Below are positions 7,583 through 16,027 of a stretch of DNA of 24,000 nt, in pieces. The notes below the pieces were generated by a model. That model was not told the DNA's origin, did not search any database, and saw only the letters and a list, made by a program, of their open reading frames with translations. Location: assembly GCF_900169065.1 (NCBI RefSeq), contig NZ_FXZB01000025.1, positions 1 through 24,000 on the forward strand. The letters are read 5' to 3'. Both the position numbers and the translations under genes were made by a program. The DNA comes from Brevibacterium aurantiacum. GTDB lineage: Bacteria; Actinomycetota; Actinomycetes; Actinomycetales; Brevibacteriaceae. Within the stretch, counting starts at the first letter, position 1; the number at the start of each line of letters is the position of its first letter.

Positions 7583-7620
7583 GCGCGCTCGGGGGTCGAG
7601 TCTCACGGACCCTTGCGCGC
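7583..7620 (+). other. GC-rich bipartite hairpin between rsmI and metG (possible rsmI terminator or metG leader structure)
   Basis: GCGCGC (7583-7588) pairs with GCGCGC (7615-7620). Inner stem is GGGTC (7593-7597) / GACCC (7608-7612). There is no U-tract. Confidence 0.35.
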
Positions 7621-7653
7621 CTGCGGCCTGGCGTCCCTTAGACTGAGTGACCT

Positions 7654-9369
7654 ATGGGTTATTACTTGACGACAGCTATCGCTTACCCCAATGGGGCCAT
7701 CCACATCGGGCACGCATATGAGTACATTGCGGCCGATACGATCGCGCGGTTCAAGCGCCTCGACAATCACGAGGTGTTCTTCGCAACCGGCACCGATGAA
7801 CATGGTCTGAAGATGCTGCAGGCGGCGAACAAGCTCGGCATCTCGCCCAAGCAGCTCGCCGACGACAACGCGAAGAACTTCCGCGACACTCAGCTCGCGC
7901 TCGGTTCCACGTTCGACCGCTTCATCCGCACCACGGACGAGGACCACTACGAGGCGTCTAAGGCGATCTGGCGCAAGCTCGAAGAGTCCGGCGACATCTA
8001 CCTCGACACCTACGCTGGCTGGTACTCCGTCCGCGATGAGGCCTTCTACACGCAGGATGAGACCGAGGTCGTCGACGGTGTGCGCCTGTCGAAGGACACC
8101 CGCACCGAGGTGACCTGGACGGAAGAGGAGTCCTACTTCTTCCGCCTCTCGAAGTACCAGGACAAGCTGCTTGAGCTGTACAAGACCCACCCCGAGTTCC
8201 TCGGCCCCGATTCGCGCCGCAACGAGGTCGCCTCATTCGTCGCCTCGGGCCTGAAGGACCTTTCAGTCTCCCGCACCACCTTCGACTGGGGAGTGCCGGT
8301 GCCCGGCAACGAAAAGCACGTCATGTACGTGTGGATCGACGCCCTGACGAACTACCTCACCGCCGCCGGATACCCGAACGACGAGGACCGCCTCAGCAAG
8401 TGGTGGCCCGCCGACGTTCACATCATCGGCAAGGACATCATCCGCTTCCACAGCGTCTACTGGCCCGCGTTCCTCATGAGCGCCGGCATCGAGCTGCCCA
8501 AGCGCGTCCACGCCCACGGGTTCCTCTTCAACGCCGGTGAGAAGATGTCGAAGTCCGTCGGCAACGTCGTCGATCCCATCGACCTCGTCGACGCGTTCGG
8601 CCTCGACACCCTGCGCTTCTTCCTCTTCCGCGAGTTCTCCTACGGCAATGACGGGTCCTACACGAAGGACTCGATCATCACCCGCAAGAACTCCGACCTC
8701 GCCAACGAGTACGGCAACCTCGCCCAGCGCTCGCTGTCGATGATCGCGAAGAACTGCGAGGCACAGGTACCGCAGCCAGGTGAACTGACCGAGGATGACG
8801 AAGCCTTGTTGGCGATGGCCCGCGCGGTCCCGGACACCGCTCGCCGTCACGTCGACACCCAGGCCCTCCACCTCTACGTCGAGGCCTGCTGGAAGGTGCT
8901 CTCCGAAGCCAACCGCTACTTCTCCGCCCAGGAACCCTGGAAGCTGAAGAAGACCGATACTGACCGTATGGCCACTGTGCTGTGGGTGACGATCGAGGTC
9001 GTGCGCATCATCTCGATCCTCATCCAGCCCGTCATGCCCGACTCCGCCGGCAAGATCCTCGACCTCCTCGGCGTGCCCGAGGGCGTCGGTGAAGCCGGTG
9101 CGAAGGTGCTGCCGACTGCGACTGACAGTGGTGCCGGCGCCGAGGCGATGGCCCCCGTGACCGTGAGCGCCGGAGTCGGCGTCGCCGCAGGTGCCGCATC
9201 CGCAGCGGCGGGCATCGCACCGATGGCCGCGGCATCCGCCGAGAACGGTGTCAATGCCGCCGAGGTGGATCCGCGTTCATTCGCCGCAATCGACTTCCCG
9301 CTGGAGCCAGGCATCCCACTGCCGAAGCCGGTCCCAGTGTTCCCCAAGTTCGTGGAGGAGACCGAATAA
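7654..9369 (+). CDS. metG: Methionine--tRNA ligase
   Basis: HIGH motif ([10 protein letters not shown]) and KMSKS motif ([10 protein letters not shown]). Full-length class I aaRS body. Ala-rich C-terminal insert. Confidence 0.95.
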   Translation: MGYYLTTAIAYPNGAIHIGHAYEYIAADTIARFKRLDNHEVFFATGTDEHGLKMLQAANKLGISPKQLADDNAKNFRDTQLALGSTFDRFIRTTDEDHYEASKAIWRKLEESGDIYLDTYAGWYSVRDEAFYTQDETEVVDGVRLSKDTRTEVTWTEEESYFFRLSKYQDKLLELYKTHPEFLGPDSRRNEVASFVASGLKDLSVSRTTFDWGVPVPGNEKHVMYVWIDALTNYLTAAGYPNDEDRLSKWWPADVHIIGKDIIRFHSVYWPAFLMSAGIELPKRVHAHGFLFNAGEKMSKSVGNVVDPIDLVDAFGLDTLRFFLFREFSYGNDGSYTKDSIITRKNSDLANEYGNLAQRSLSMIAKNCEAQVPQPGELTEDDEALLAMARAVPDTARRHVDTQALHLYVEACWKVLSEANRYFSAQEPWKLKKTDTDRMATVLWVTIEVVRIISILIQPVMPDSAGKILDLLGVPEGVGEAGAKVLPTATDSGAGAEAMAPVTVSAGVGVAAGAASAAAGIAPMAAASAENGVNAAEVDPRSFAAIDFPLEPGIPLPKPVPVFPKFVEETE

Positions 9370-10289
9370 TGGCCTCTCGCGCCGCCGGAACCTATCCTCC
9401 GGTGCCTGAGCCGCTTGCCCACCCTGTAGTCGACACCCACACCCATCTCGACATCTGCACGGGTGCGCGGCTGCCATTGGGGGCTGGCGAACCCGAGCCC
9501 GAGGTGAGACCTGCCGAGGACGAGGAGTTCCCGAGCCTCGACTTCTTCTTCGATACCGCCCAGTCAGCGGGTGTCGAGCGCATCGTGCAGATCGGCTGCG
9601 ACCTGCCTGCCGCACGGTGGACGACCGAGCTCGTCACGCAGCAGTCGGTACAAGGCAGAACGTGGATGCTCGGCGGTGCGGCTTTGCACCCGAACGAGGC
9701 ACCGAGGCTGGCCGAACGCGGCAGGCTCGACGATGCCCTCACGGAGATCGAGTCACTCGTGGCCTCCAACGACCGCATGCGCGTGGTGGGGGAGACGGGA
9801 CTCGACTACTTCCGCACCGGCGAAGACGGTGTCGCCGAGCAGCAGCGCTCCTTCCGTGCCCACATCGAGATCGCCAAACGCACGGGCAAGGCCCTGCAGA
9901 TCCACGACCGTGAGGCCCACGCCGACGTGCTGCGCATCCTCCGCGAGGAAGGTGCCCCCGAGGTCACGATCTTCCACTGCTATTCCGGCGACGAGGCGAT
10001 GGCCCGCGAGTGCGCAGACGCCGGGTACTACATGTCCTTCGCCGGGAACCTCACGTTCAAGAACGCGGATGAACTCCGACGTGCGGCGGCTGCGGCTCCA
10101 CTGGATCGGCTGCTGACCGAGACCGACGCTCCGTTCCTCACCCCGCACCCGCACCGCGGCAAGCCCGGCGGCCCGTACCTGACCGCGGTCACGGCGCGCA
10201 TGCTCGCCGAGGTACGTGGAATGAGCGAAGAGGACCTCTGCGCCGCCGTGTGGAAGAACGCGGAGACCGCGCTCGGAAGCTGGGCCTGA
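9369..10289 (+). CDS. tatD: TatD-family metal-dependent hydrolase/DNase
   Basis: Motifs VDTHTHLD, IHDREAH and ETDAPFLTP. The start overlaps the metG stop (TAATG). Confidence 0.9.
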   Translation: MASRAAGTYPPVPEPLAHPVVDTHTHLDICTGARLPLGAGEPEPEVRPAEDEEFPSLDFFFDTAQSAGVERIVQIGCDLPAARWTTELVTQQSVQGRTWMLGGAALHPNEAPRLAERGRLDDALTEIESLVASNDRMRVVGETGLDYFRTGEDGVAEQQRSFRAHIEIAKRTGKALQIHDREAHADVLRILREEGAPEVTIFHCYSGDEAMARECADAGYYMSFAGNLTFKNADELRRAAAAAPLDRLLTETDAPFLTPHPHRGKPGGPYLTAVTARMLAEVRGMSEEDLCAAVWKNAETALGSWA

Positions 10290-10330
10290 ACAGCCGACCA
10301 GCTAAACAACTTAACGACAGCCTCGGCGCG

Positions 10331-10360
10331 GTCGCGGGCAACAATGGCAGCCCCCGCGAC
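10331..10360 (+). terminator. Hairpin downstream of tatD (GTCGCGGG / CCCGCGAC, 14-nt loop)
   Basis: 8-bp perfect GC-rich stem read directly, with no U-tract. A second small hairpin CGACAC-ACCG-GTGTCG follows at 10371-10386. Confidence 0.4.
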
Positions 10361-10385
10361 GCTCGTTCGCCGACACACCGGTGTC

Positions 10386-10396
10386 GCGCCGAAACC
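10386..10396. repeat. Left arm (GCGCCGAAACC) of an 11-bp perfect inverted repeat that brackets the IS
   Basis: It is the exact reverse complement of 11944-11954 (GGTTTCGGCGC). Inner flanks CCTGTG (10397-10402) and CACAGAG (11936-11942) extend the pairing with one bulge. Confidence 0.85.
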
Positions 10397-10415
10397 CCTG
10401 TGCACACGGTATATA

Positions 10416-11441
10416 TCAAGCTGTTTGTGACAGCTCGGTGTTTTCTGGGCTATTGATGCCGGCGTGAGTCGGCGGGCCAGCGACTACAGGGTAGTTGTGG
10501 AATCGTTCTGGGTGCGCGCAGTGACGAGCCTCCAAAGTGGCTTGGCGACGAGCTCGAACGAGGTCAGTGCGTCCGTGGTGAACATCGTTGGGTGTGTAGT
10601 ACTTCAAGCCGCTGTGGCGGTGGTTGGCGTTGTAGTCAGCGATGAACGCGGCCATGTAGTCACGAGCATGGTCGATGGATTCGAACCGGTCGGGAAAGCC
10701 CAAGTGGTACTTGATGGTCTTAAACGTCGACTCGCTAAACGGGTTGTCATTCGAAACCCTGGGCCGGGAAAAGGACAGCTTGATCCCCAGGGACTGAGCG
10801 AACTGGACAGTCGTTGCCGCTCGCATGGGACCACCGTTATCGGCGTGCAACACGTCAGGGTGCTGCTGGTTAGCTGCCACGGCCTGATCGATCATCGCCC
10901 GGGCGTAGATGGGTATTTCGGACGTCTCAACCCGGTGGCCAACGATCTTGCGGGAGAAGACATCCACGATGGCGTAGAGACGATAAATGACCCTGCCGGG
11001 ACCGCGCAGCATTGTGATGTCCCAACTCCACAGCTGGTTCGGTGCGCACGCGGCATGGACCGGTTTAGGCCGCTTGGGTTGGCCTCGACGGCGCTGGGCG
11101 CGACGGTCGCCGTTCTGCCCGTGTGCGGCCACCACTCGGTGAGCCGTCGACGCGGAAAACGGCACCTGTCCGGCATCGAGCATCCGCCAATACGCCTGGG
11201 TGACAGACAGATTCTCGTAGTCTTCGGAGTTCAACAGCGCCATGAACGCGTCTGCCTCGGCCGTGGTGATCCGGCTCGGGTAGTCGCGTTCCTTCTGCGG
11301 GACGTGCACCCCGGCCGGGGCCGAGGGATTCTGGTGGCGATACCAGCTCGTGCGGTGCACGCCCATCAACTCGCAGGCGGCCTTGATAGACCAGCCTGCC
11401 CCGACGAGATCGCCGATGAACCGGTACCCGATTGCCTTCAC
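10416..11441 (-). CDS. IS3-family transposase OrfB (DDE/rve integrase core); normally expressed as an OrfAB fusion by -1 frameshifting
   Basis: Motifs WSWDITML (D), HADNGGPM (D) and NPFSESTFKTIKYH (E). The frame is open upstream to about 11565, covering the slippery site. Confidence 0.9.
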   Translation of the reverse strand: MKAIGYRFIGDLVGAGWSIKAACELMGVHRTSWYRHQNPSAPAGVHVPQKERDYPSRITTAEADAFMALLNSEDYENLSVTQAYWRMLDAGQVPFSASTAHRVVAAHGQNGDRRAQRRRGQPKRPKPVHAACAPNQLWSWDITMLRGPGRVIYRLYAIVDVFSRKIVGHRVETSEIPIYARAMIDQAVAANQQHPDVLHADNGGPMRAATTVQFAQSLGIKLSFSRPRVSNDNPFSESTFKTIKYHLGFPDRFESIDHARDYMAAFIADYNANHRHSGLKYYTPNDVHHGRTDLVRARRQATLEARHCAHPERFHNYPVVAGPPTHAGINSPENTELSQTA

Positions 11442-11683
11442 TGTGGCGGGTTCATCCAGTCCGGCCTGGTCTCCTCGACCTCGGGCAGCGTCAGGTCTGT
11501 CGAGGCCGCGCTCTTGGACATCGCGCCCAAGAGCGCGGACGCTTTTCCCAGTATGTCCACTGCCGCCTCAGACTTGGCCAGCCTGGCCTTCAGCGCCTCG
11601 TTCTCGGCCTGGAGCTGTGTGAGTTGCTTCTTCTCAGCGGCTTTGAGCTTGTTGTCGCTGGGATAGCCGATCCGATCGAGAGG
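11438..11683 (-). pseudogene. IS3 OrfA C-terminal leucine-zipper segment, in the +1 frame relative to the HTH segment (orfA apparently disrupted)
   Basis: My translation reads ...PLDRIGYPSDNKLKAAEKKQLTQLQAENEALKARLAKSEAAVDILGKASALLGAMSKS...PPQ*. It has no start codon of its own. The frame is closed by TGA at 11684-11686. Confidence 0.6.
11522..11549 (-). promoter_or_regulatory. Programmed -1 ribosomal frameshift site: heptamer G GGA AAA (11549-11543) plus downstream hairpin CGCGC-N6-GCGCG (11537-11522)
   Basis: The heptamer is in the X XXY YYZ register of the OrfA zipper frame. The orfB frame is -1 and opens a few codons upstream. The stem begins 5 nt after the heptamer. Confidence 0.65.
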
Positions 11684-11870
11684 TCAGGCAACCATTCTCT
11701 CGGTCGATGAACCACTTATGGATAGTGCCGGGGTCGACCCCGACAGTCCGGGCCAGCTGGGCTTTGGAACCCATCTCGATGCATTTGTCATATTCGTCCA
11801 GGATCTCGAGTTTCTGGGCCGTGGTGAAATGTCCGTGATTCGAGGAACGGGACGGAACTTTAAAAGACAT
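11634..11870 (-). CDS. IS3 OrfA N-terminal helix-turn-helix segment (78 codons, terminates prematurely)
   Basis: The sequence FTTAQKLEILDEYDKCIEMGSKAQLARTVGVDPGTIHKWFIDRENG is an IS3-type HTH. A GGAGAG Shine-Dalgarno lies upstream of ATG 11870. Confidence 0.75.
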   Translation of the reverse strand: MSFKVPSRSSNHGHFTTAQKLEILDEYDKCIEMGSKAQLARTVGVDPGTIHKWFIDRENGCLTSRSDRLSQRQQAQSR

Positions 11871-11943
11871 AACAGACTTCTCTCCCCGCCAGTGTGGTCA
11901 GATAACTGTCACAAAACAGCCTGACACAGAGGGCACACAGAGT

Positions 11944-11954
11944 GGTTTCGGCGC
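11944..11954. repeat. Right arm (GGTTTCGGCGC) of the inverted repeat bracketing the IS
   Basis: Exact reverse complement of 10386-10396. Confidence 0.85.
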
Positions 11955-11980
11955 TCCAGCGATGTATCGACACGGCCAGC

Positions 11981-12035
11981 CGATCAGCCACCTCGGTGGG
12001 GCTGAGGATGACGCGCGATCAGCCACCTCGGCGGG
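11981..12035 (+). repeat. 20-nt direct repeat CGATCAGCCACCTCGG(T/C)GGG x2 (11981-12000; 12016-12035), 35-bp period
   Basis: Read directly; 19/20 identical. It contains the CCACCTCGG core shared with 136-149, 169-182 and 18240-18253 (reverse complement). Confidence 0.85.
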
Positions 12036-12129
12036 TAAATGTCACGATTGTGACGAAGCCCGGAAACACGGGGAAGTCCTGGTGAGAGCGCCAGCTCAGG
12101 CACCCTCGTTGTTACATGTTCGTAATGTT

Positions 12130-12159
12130 TTGCGTATCTTGTAACGAATCGGTTACAGT
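12130..12159 (+). promoter_or_regulatory. Candidate rpfB promoter: -35 TTGCGT (12130-12135), 18-nt spacer, -10 TACAGT (12154-12159)
   Basis: Sequence match only. It lies in the only AT-rich stretch upstream of rpfB. The -10 overlaps the palindrome GTAAC-N6-GTTAC. Confidence 0.3.
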
Positions 12160-12195
12160 GGATGAGTTGATGACCTCTGCCCCAGGGATATTTTT

Positions 12196-13455
12196 GTGAT
12201 TGATTTTCTCAAGAACCGCAAAGTGCAAATTGCTGCACAGGCGGTAGTGATTACCGGACTCGTGGGTGGCACGGGTGCCGTGGTGACCATGAACAAGCCA
12301 GTGACATTGGATGTCAATGGTCAGGCCGAAGAGGTTCGGACCTTCGGTGGAACCGTGGGGGACGTCCTCGACAGCCGCGACCTCGACATCGAGAAGCGCG
12401 ACAAGGTCAAGCCAGGCGTAGACAAGAAGATCTCGCGGGATATGACGATCACCGTCAATACCGCGAAGAAGCTTTCGCTGTCCGTCGACGGCAAGGAAAG
12501 CGACGAGTGGACCAACGCGAACACCGTCGGTCAGGCGCTGGCCGACCTCGGTGTGGACGCGAAGGGCGCCGACCTCAACGCTAAGCCGAACCAGAAGCTC
12601 AAGGAACAAGGCAATGACATTGACGTGACGACCGCTAAGGACATCACGATTGTTGCCGATGGCAAGGACCACAAGGTCTCAGCCGCAGCGGAAACCGCCA
12701 AGGAAGCCCTCGGCGAGACCAAGTTGAAGCTCGACAAGGACGACTTCATGTCCGTTCCCCTCAGCTCGAAGGTCTCCGACGGCCAGGTCCTCACCGTGAA
12801 CCGTGTGAAGAACGACACGGTCAAGGAGAAGGAAGCCATCAAGGCCAAGACCGAGACCAAGAAGTCTGACTCCCTGTACCAGGGTGAGACCAAGGTCGAA
12901 GAAGAGGGTAAGGACGGCCAGAAGCAGGTCTCTTACAAGGTCAAGACCGTCAATGGCGAACAGGTGAAGAAGGAGAAGAAGGACGAGAAGGTCCTCTCCG
13001 AGCCCAAGGCCAAGGTTGTCATCGAGGGCACCAAGAAGAAGGAAGCCCCCGAAGCCCCCGCAGAGAAGCCTGACGACTCCGACAACGGTTCGGACGCCGG
13101 AACAGGCGACGGCGGCTCTGACGAAGGTTCGGGCGGCTCCGACGACGGTGACAAGAGCACCGGTGGCGGCGGCTCCGGCTCCGGTGGTGGCGACATGAGC
13201 ACCCAGGAGATCAAGGACATGCTCGGCGGACCAGGATCCAAGTGGTACCAGGTTGCCAAGTGCGAGTCTGAGTTCAACCCGAAGGCTGTGAACCAGTCGA
13301 ACCATGCACACTTCGGTCTGTTCCAGTTCAAGCTCCAGACATGGCAGAACATGGGAGGCAGCGGCAATCCGGTCGATGCCAGCCCGCAGGAGCAGTTCGA
13401 TCGTGCCAAGAAGCTGCAGCGTGAAGCCGGCTGGAGCCAGTGGGCCTGCGCCTGA
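12196..13455 (+). CDS. rpfB: RpfB-like resuscitation-promoting factor (N-terminal TM, DUF348 repeats, G5 domain, G/S/D linker, Rpf-type transglycosylase-like domain)
   Basis: GTG start preceded by AGGGA. Repeated VTLDVNG../ITV.. DUF348-like modules. G5-like segment YQGETKVEEEGKDGQKQVSYKVKTVNGEQV. C-terminus WYQVAKCESEFNPKAVN..GLFQFKLQTW..GG..ASPQEQ..W.WACA, with the catalytic Glu in CES and a Cys pair. It is syntenic with tatD, as in mycobacteria. Confidence 0.85.
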   Translation: MIDFLKNRKVQIAAQAVVITGLVGGTGAVVTMNKPVTLDVNGQAEEVRTFGGTVGDVLDSRDLDIEKRDKVKPGVDKKISRDMTITVNTAKKLSLSVDGKESDEWTNANTVGQALADLGVDAKGADLNAKPNQKLKEQGNDIDVTTAKDITIVADGKDHKVSAAAETAKEALGETKLKLDKDDFMSVPLSSKVSDGQVLTVNRVKNDTVKEKEAIKAKTETKKSDSLYQGETKVEEEGKDGQKQVSYKVKTVNGEQVKKEKKDEKVLSEPKAKVVIEGTKKKEAPEAPAEKPDDSDNGSDAGTGDGGSDEGSGGSDDGDKSTGGGGSGSGGGDMSTQEIKDMLGGPGSKWYQVAKCESEFNPKAVNQSNHAHFGLFQFKLQTWQNMGGSGNPVDASPQEQFDRAKKLQREAGWSQWACA

Positions 13456-13530
13456 TCGCAGAGCGCGACTGCTGACCTGCAGTAAGCGACATGCTGAACT
13501 GAAGCGATAAGGTCACAGACGACAGCCACA

Positions 13531-13567
13531 GGTACGGACCCGGAAGATCATCTTCCGGGTCCGTACC
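13531..13567 (+). terminator. rpfB intrinsic terminator hairpin (17-bp perfect stem, 3-nt loop)
   Basis: GGTACGGACCCGGAAGA-TCA-TCTTCCGGGTCCGTACC, about 75 nt after the stop. No U-tract, which is common in high-GC actinobacteria. Confidence 0.75.
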
Positions 13568-13581
13568 TGCATTCACGAGAG

Positions 13582-13606
13582 GGGCACCTTGCAGCGGAAG
13601 GTGCCC
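13582..13606 (+). other. Second hairpin GGGCACCTT-GCAGCGG-AAGGTGCCC
   Basis: 9-bp perfect stem read directly. It shares GGCACCTT with the tandem repeat that follows. Confidence 0.6.
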
Positions 13607-13637
13607 TAACTTTGCCGCCGGCAGGGTCGCCTTCGAA

Positions 13638-13677
13638 CACCTTTCCTGGGGTTTCGGGCACCTTTCCTGGGGTTTCG
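13638..13677 (+). repeat. Tandem direct repeat CACCTTTCCTGGGGTTTCG x2 (19-nt unit, 21-bp period)
   Basis: Perfect copies at 13638-13656 and 13659-13677, 30-70 bp upstream of the groES -35. Confidence 0.9.
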
Positions 13678-13696
13678 CCCAGAGCGTGGACAATCC

Positions 13697-13723
13697 TTGG
13701 CACTCGAGTTGACCGAGTGCTAA
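13697..13723 (+). promoter_or_regulatory. CIRCE element 1 (HrcA operator): TTGGCACTC-N9-GAGTGCTAA
   Basis: 17/18 match to the consensus TTAGCACTC-N9-GAGTGCTAA. Its spacer contains the -35 TTGACC. Confidence 0.9.
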
Positions 13724-13737
13724 GAGCGTTCTAAAGT
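13709..13737 (+). promoter_or_regulatory. groES promoter: -35 TTGACC (13709-13714), 17-nt spacer, -10 TAAAGT (13732-13737)
   Basis: Near-consensus hexamers with the optimal spacer, nested between the two CIRCE elements. Confidence 0.65.
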
Positions 13738-13741
13738 CGAA

Positions 13742-13768
13742 TTAGCACTAGCACTCAGTGAGTGCCAG
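13742..13768 (+). promoter_or_regulatory. CIRCE element 2: TTAGCACTA-N9-GAGTGCCAG
   Basis: 15/18 match to the CIRCE consensus. It is positioned over the predicted transcription start. Confidence 0.8.
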
Positions 13769-13878
13769 TTTCATGAGACGGTCGAATCGCTCGGCACCCG
13801 CGACGACGAGAGATTCATGGCAGCAGCCGCCGTCTGACTCAAAGAAGAATTGAACCCAGCGAAGGGAGAGGGCCCGAT

Positions 13879-14172
13879 ATGTCGGTCTCCATCAAGCCAC
13901 TCGAAGATCGGATTGTCATCCGTCAGGTCGAAGCAGAGCAGACTACCGCCAGTGGTCTGGTCATTCCCGAAACCGCCAAGGAAAAGCCTCAGGAAGGCGA
14001 AGTTGTCGCAGTGGGCCCAGGCCGCGTTGCTGACAATGGAAACCGCGTCCCAGTTGACGTGGCCATCGGCGACAAGGTCATCTACTCCAAGTTCGGCGGC
14101 ACCGAAGTCAAGTACGCAGGAGAAGAGTTCCTCGTGCTCTCGGCTCGTGACGTGCTCGCCGTCATCGGCTGA
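13879..14172 (+). CDS. groES: Co-chaperonin GroES
   Basis: [49 protein letters not shown] is canonical GroES. Shine-Dalgarno AAGGGAGAGGG. Confidence 0.97.
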   Translation: MSVSIKPLEDRIVIRQVEAEQTTASGLVIPETAKEKPQEGEVVAVGPGRVADNGNRVPVDVAIGDKVIYSKFGGTEVKYAGEEFLVLSARDVLAVIG

Positions 14173-14181
14173 ATCCCCTGA

Positions 14182-15801
<1,620 letters not shown>

Positions 15802-15817
15802 TCCTCATCTGATACCT

Positions 15818-15848
15818 GTGTGGCCCGGAACTTTGTTCCGGGCCACAC
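15818..15848 (+). terminator. groEL intrinsic terminator hairpin (14-bp perfect stem, 3-nt loop)
   Basis: GTGTGGCCCGGAAC-TTT-GTTCCGGGCCACAC, 17 nt after the stop. Confidence 0.8.
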
Positions 15849-16027
15849 GTGTATTCACCCGCTGTGTATTCGCCCGCCGAGGTTGTTCGCCGTGTCGTCG
15901 CCCCCGTGCCGTCGTCCCAGTGCTGTACAGGCGGCTCACACCTACTGATCAGTCAGATCCTATGTTCCTCGCCGCCAAGGGTCGTTAGTCTGGACAAGAC
16001 AGTTTGACGCAACAATGTAGGGACCCT

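Larger units (their letters stand above)
10410..11930 (-). mobile_element. IS3-family insertion sequence (~1.52 kb; boundaries +/-5 bp)
   Basis: Imperfect terminal inverted repeats: TATATATCAAGCTGTTT-GTGACAG (10410-10433) versus the reverse complement of 11906-11930, TCTGTGTCAGGCTGTTTTGTGACAG. It has the orfA/orfB organisation with orfB in the -1 frame, and a DDE transposase. GCACAC is present on both flanks (10402-10407; 11933-11938) as a possible but non-adjacent target duplication. Confidence 0.9.

Noticed and set aside
7508-7653. Possible T-box or other leader RNA upstream of metG
   Set aside because: I could find no specifier or T-box (AGGGUGGNACCGCG-like) sequence. Only a GC-rich hairpin and a weak -10-like TAGACT are present.
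10464-11666. 400-aa + strand ORF across the IS
   Set aside because: It is antisense to the DDE transposase and OrfA frames, which have unmistakable IS3 motifs, and its own sequence shows no protein-like features.
11667-11678. 5-bp tandem duplication GATCG-GATCG (minus strand) as the cause of the orfA frameshift
   Set aside because: Removing one 5-bp unit puts the downstream sequence in the third frame, not in the leucine-zipper frame. A single-nucleotide insertion explains the shift better.
11962-12144. 60-aa + strand ORF in the rpfB upstream region
   Set aside because: It has no Shine-Dalgarno and a composition driven by the 20-nt repeats, and it spans palindromes and the candidate promoter.
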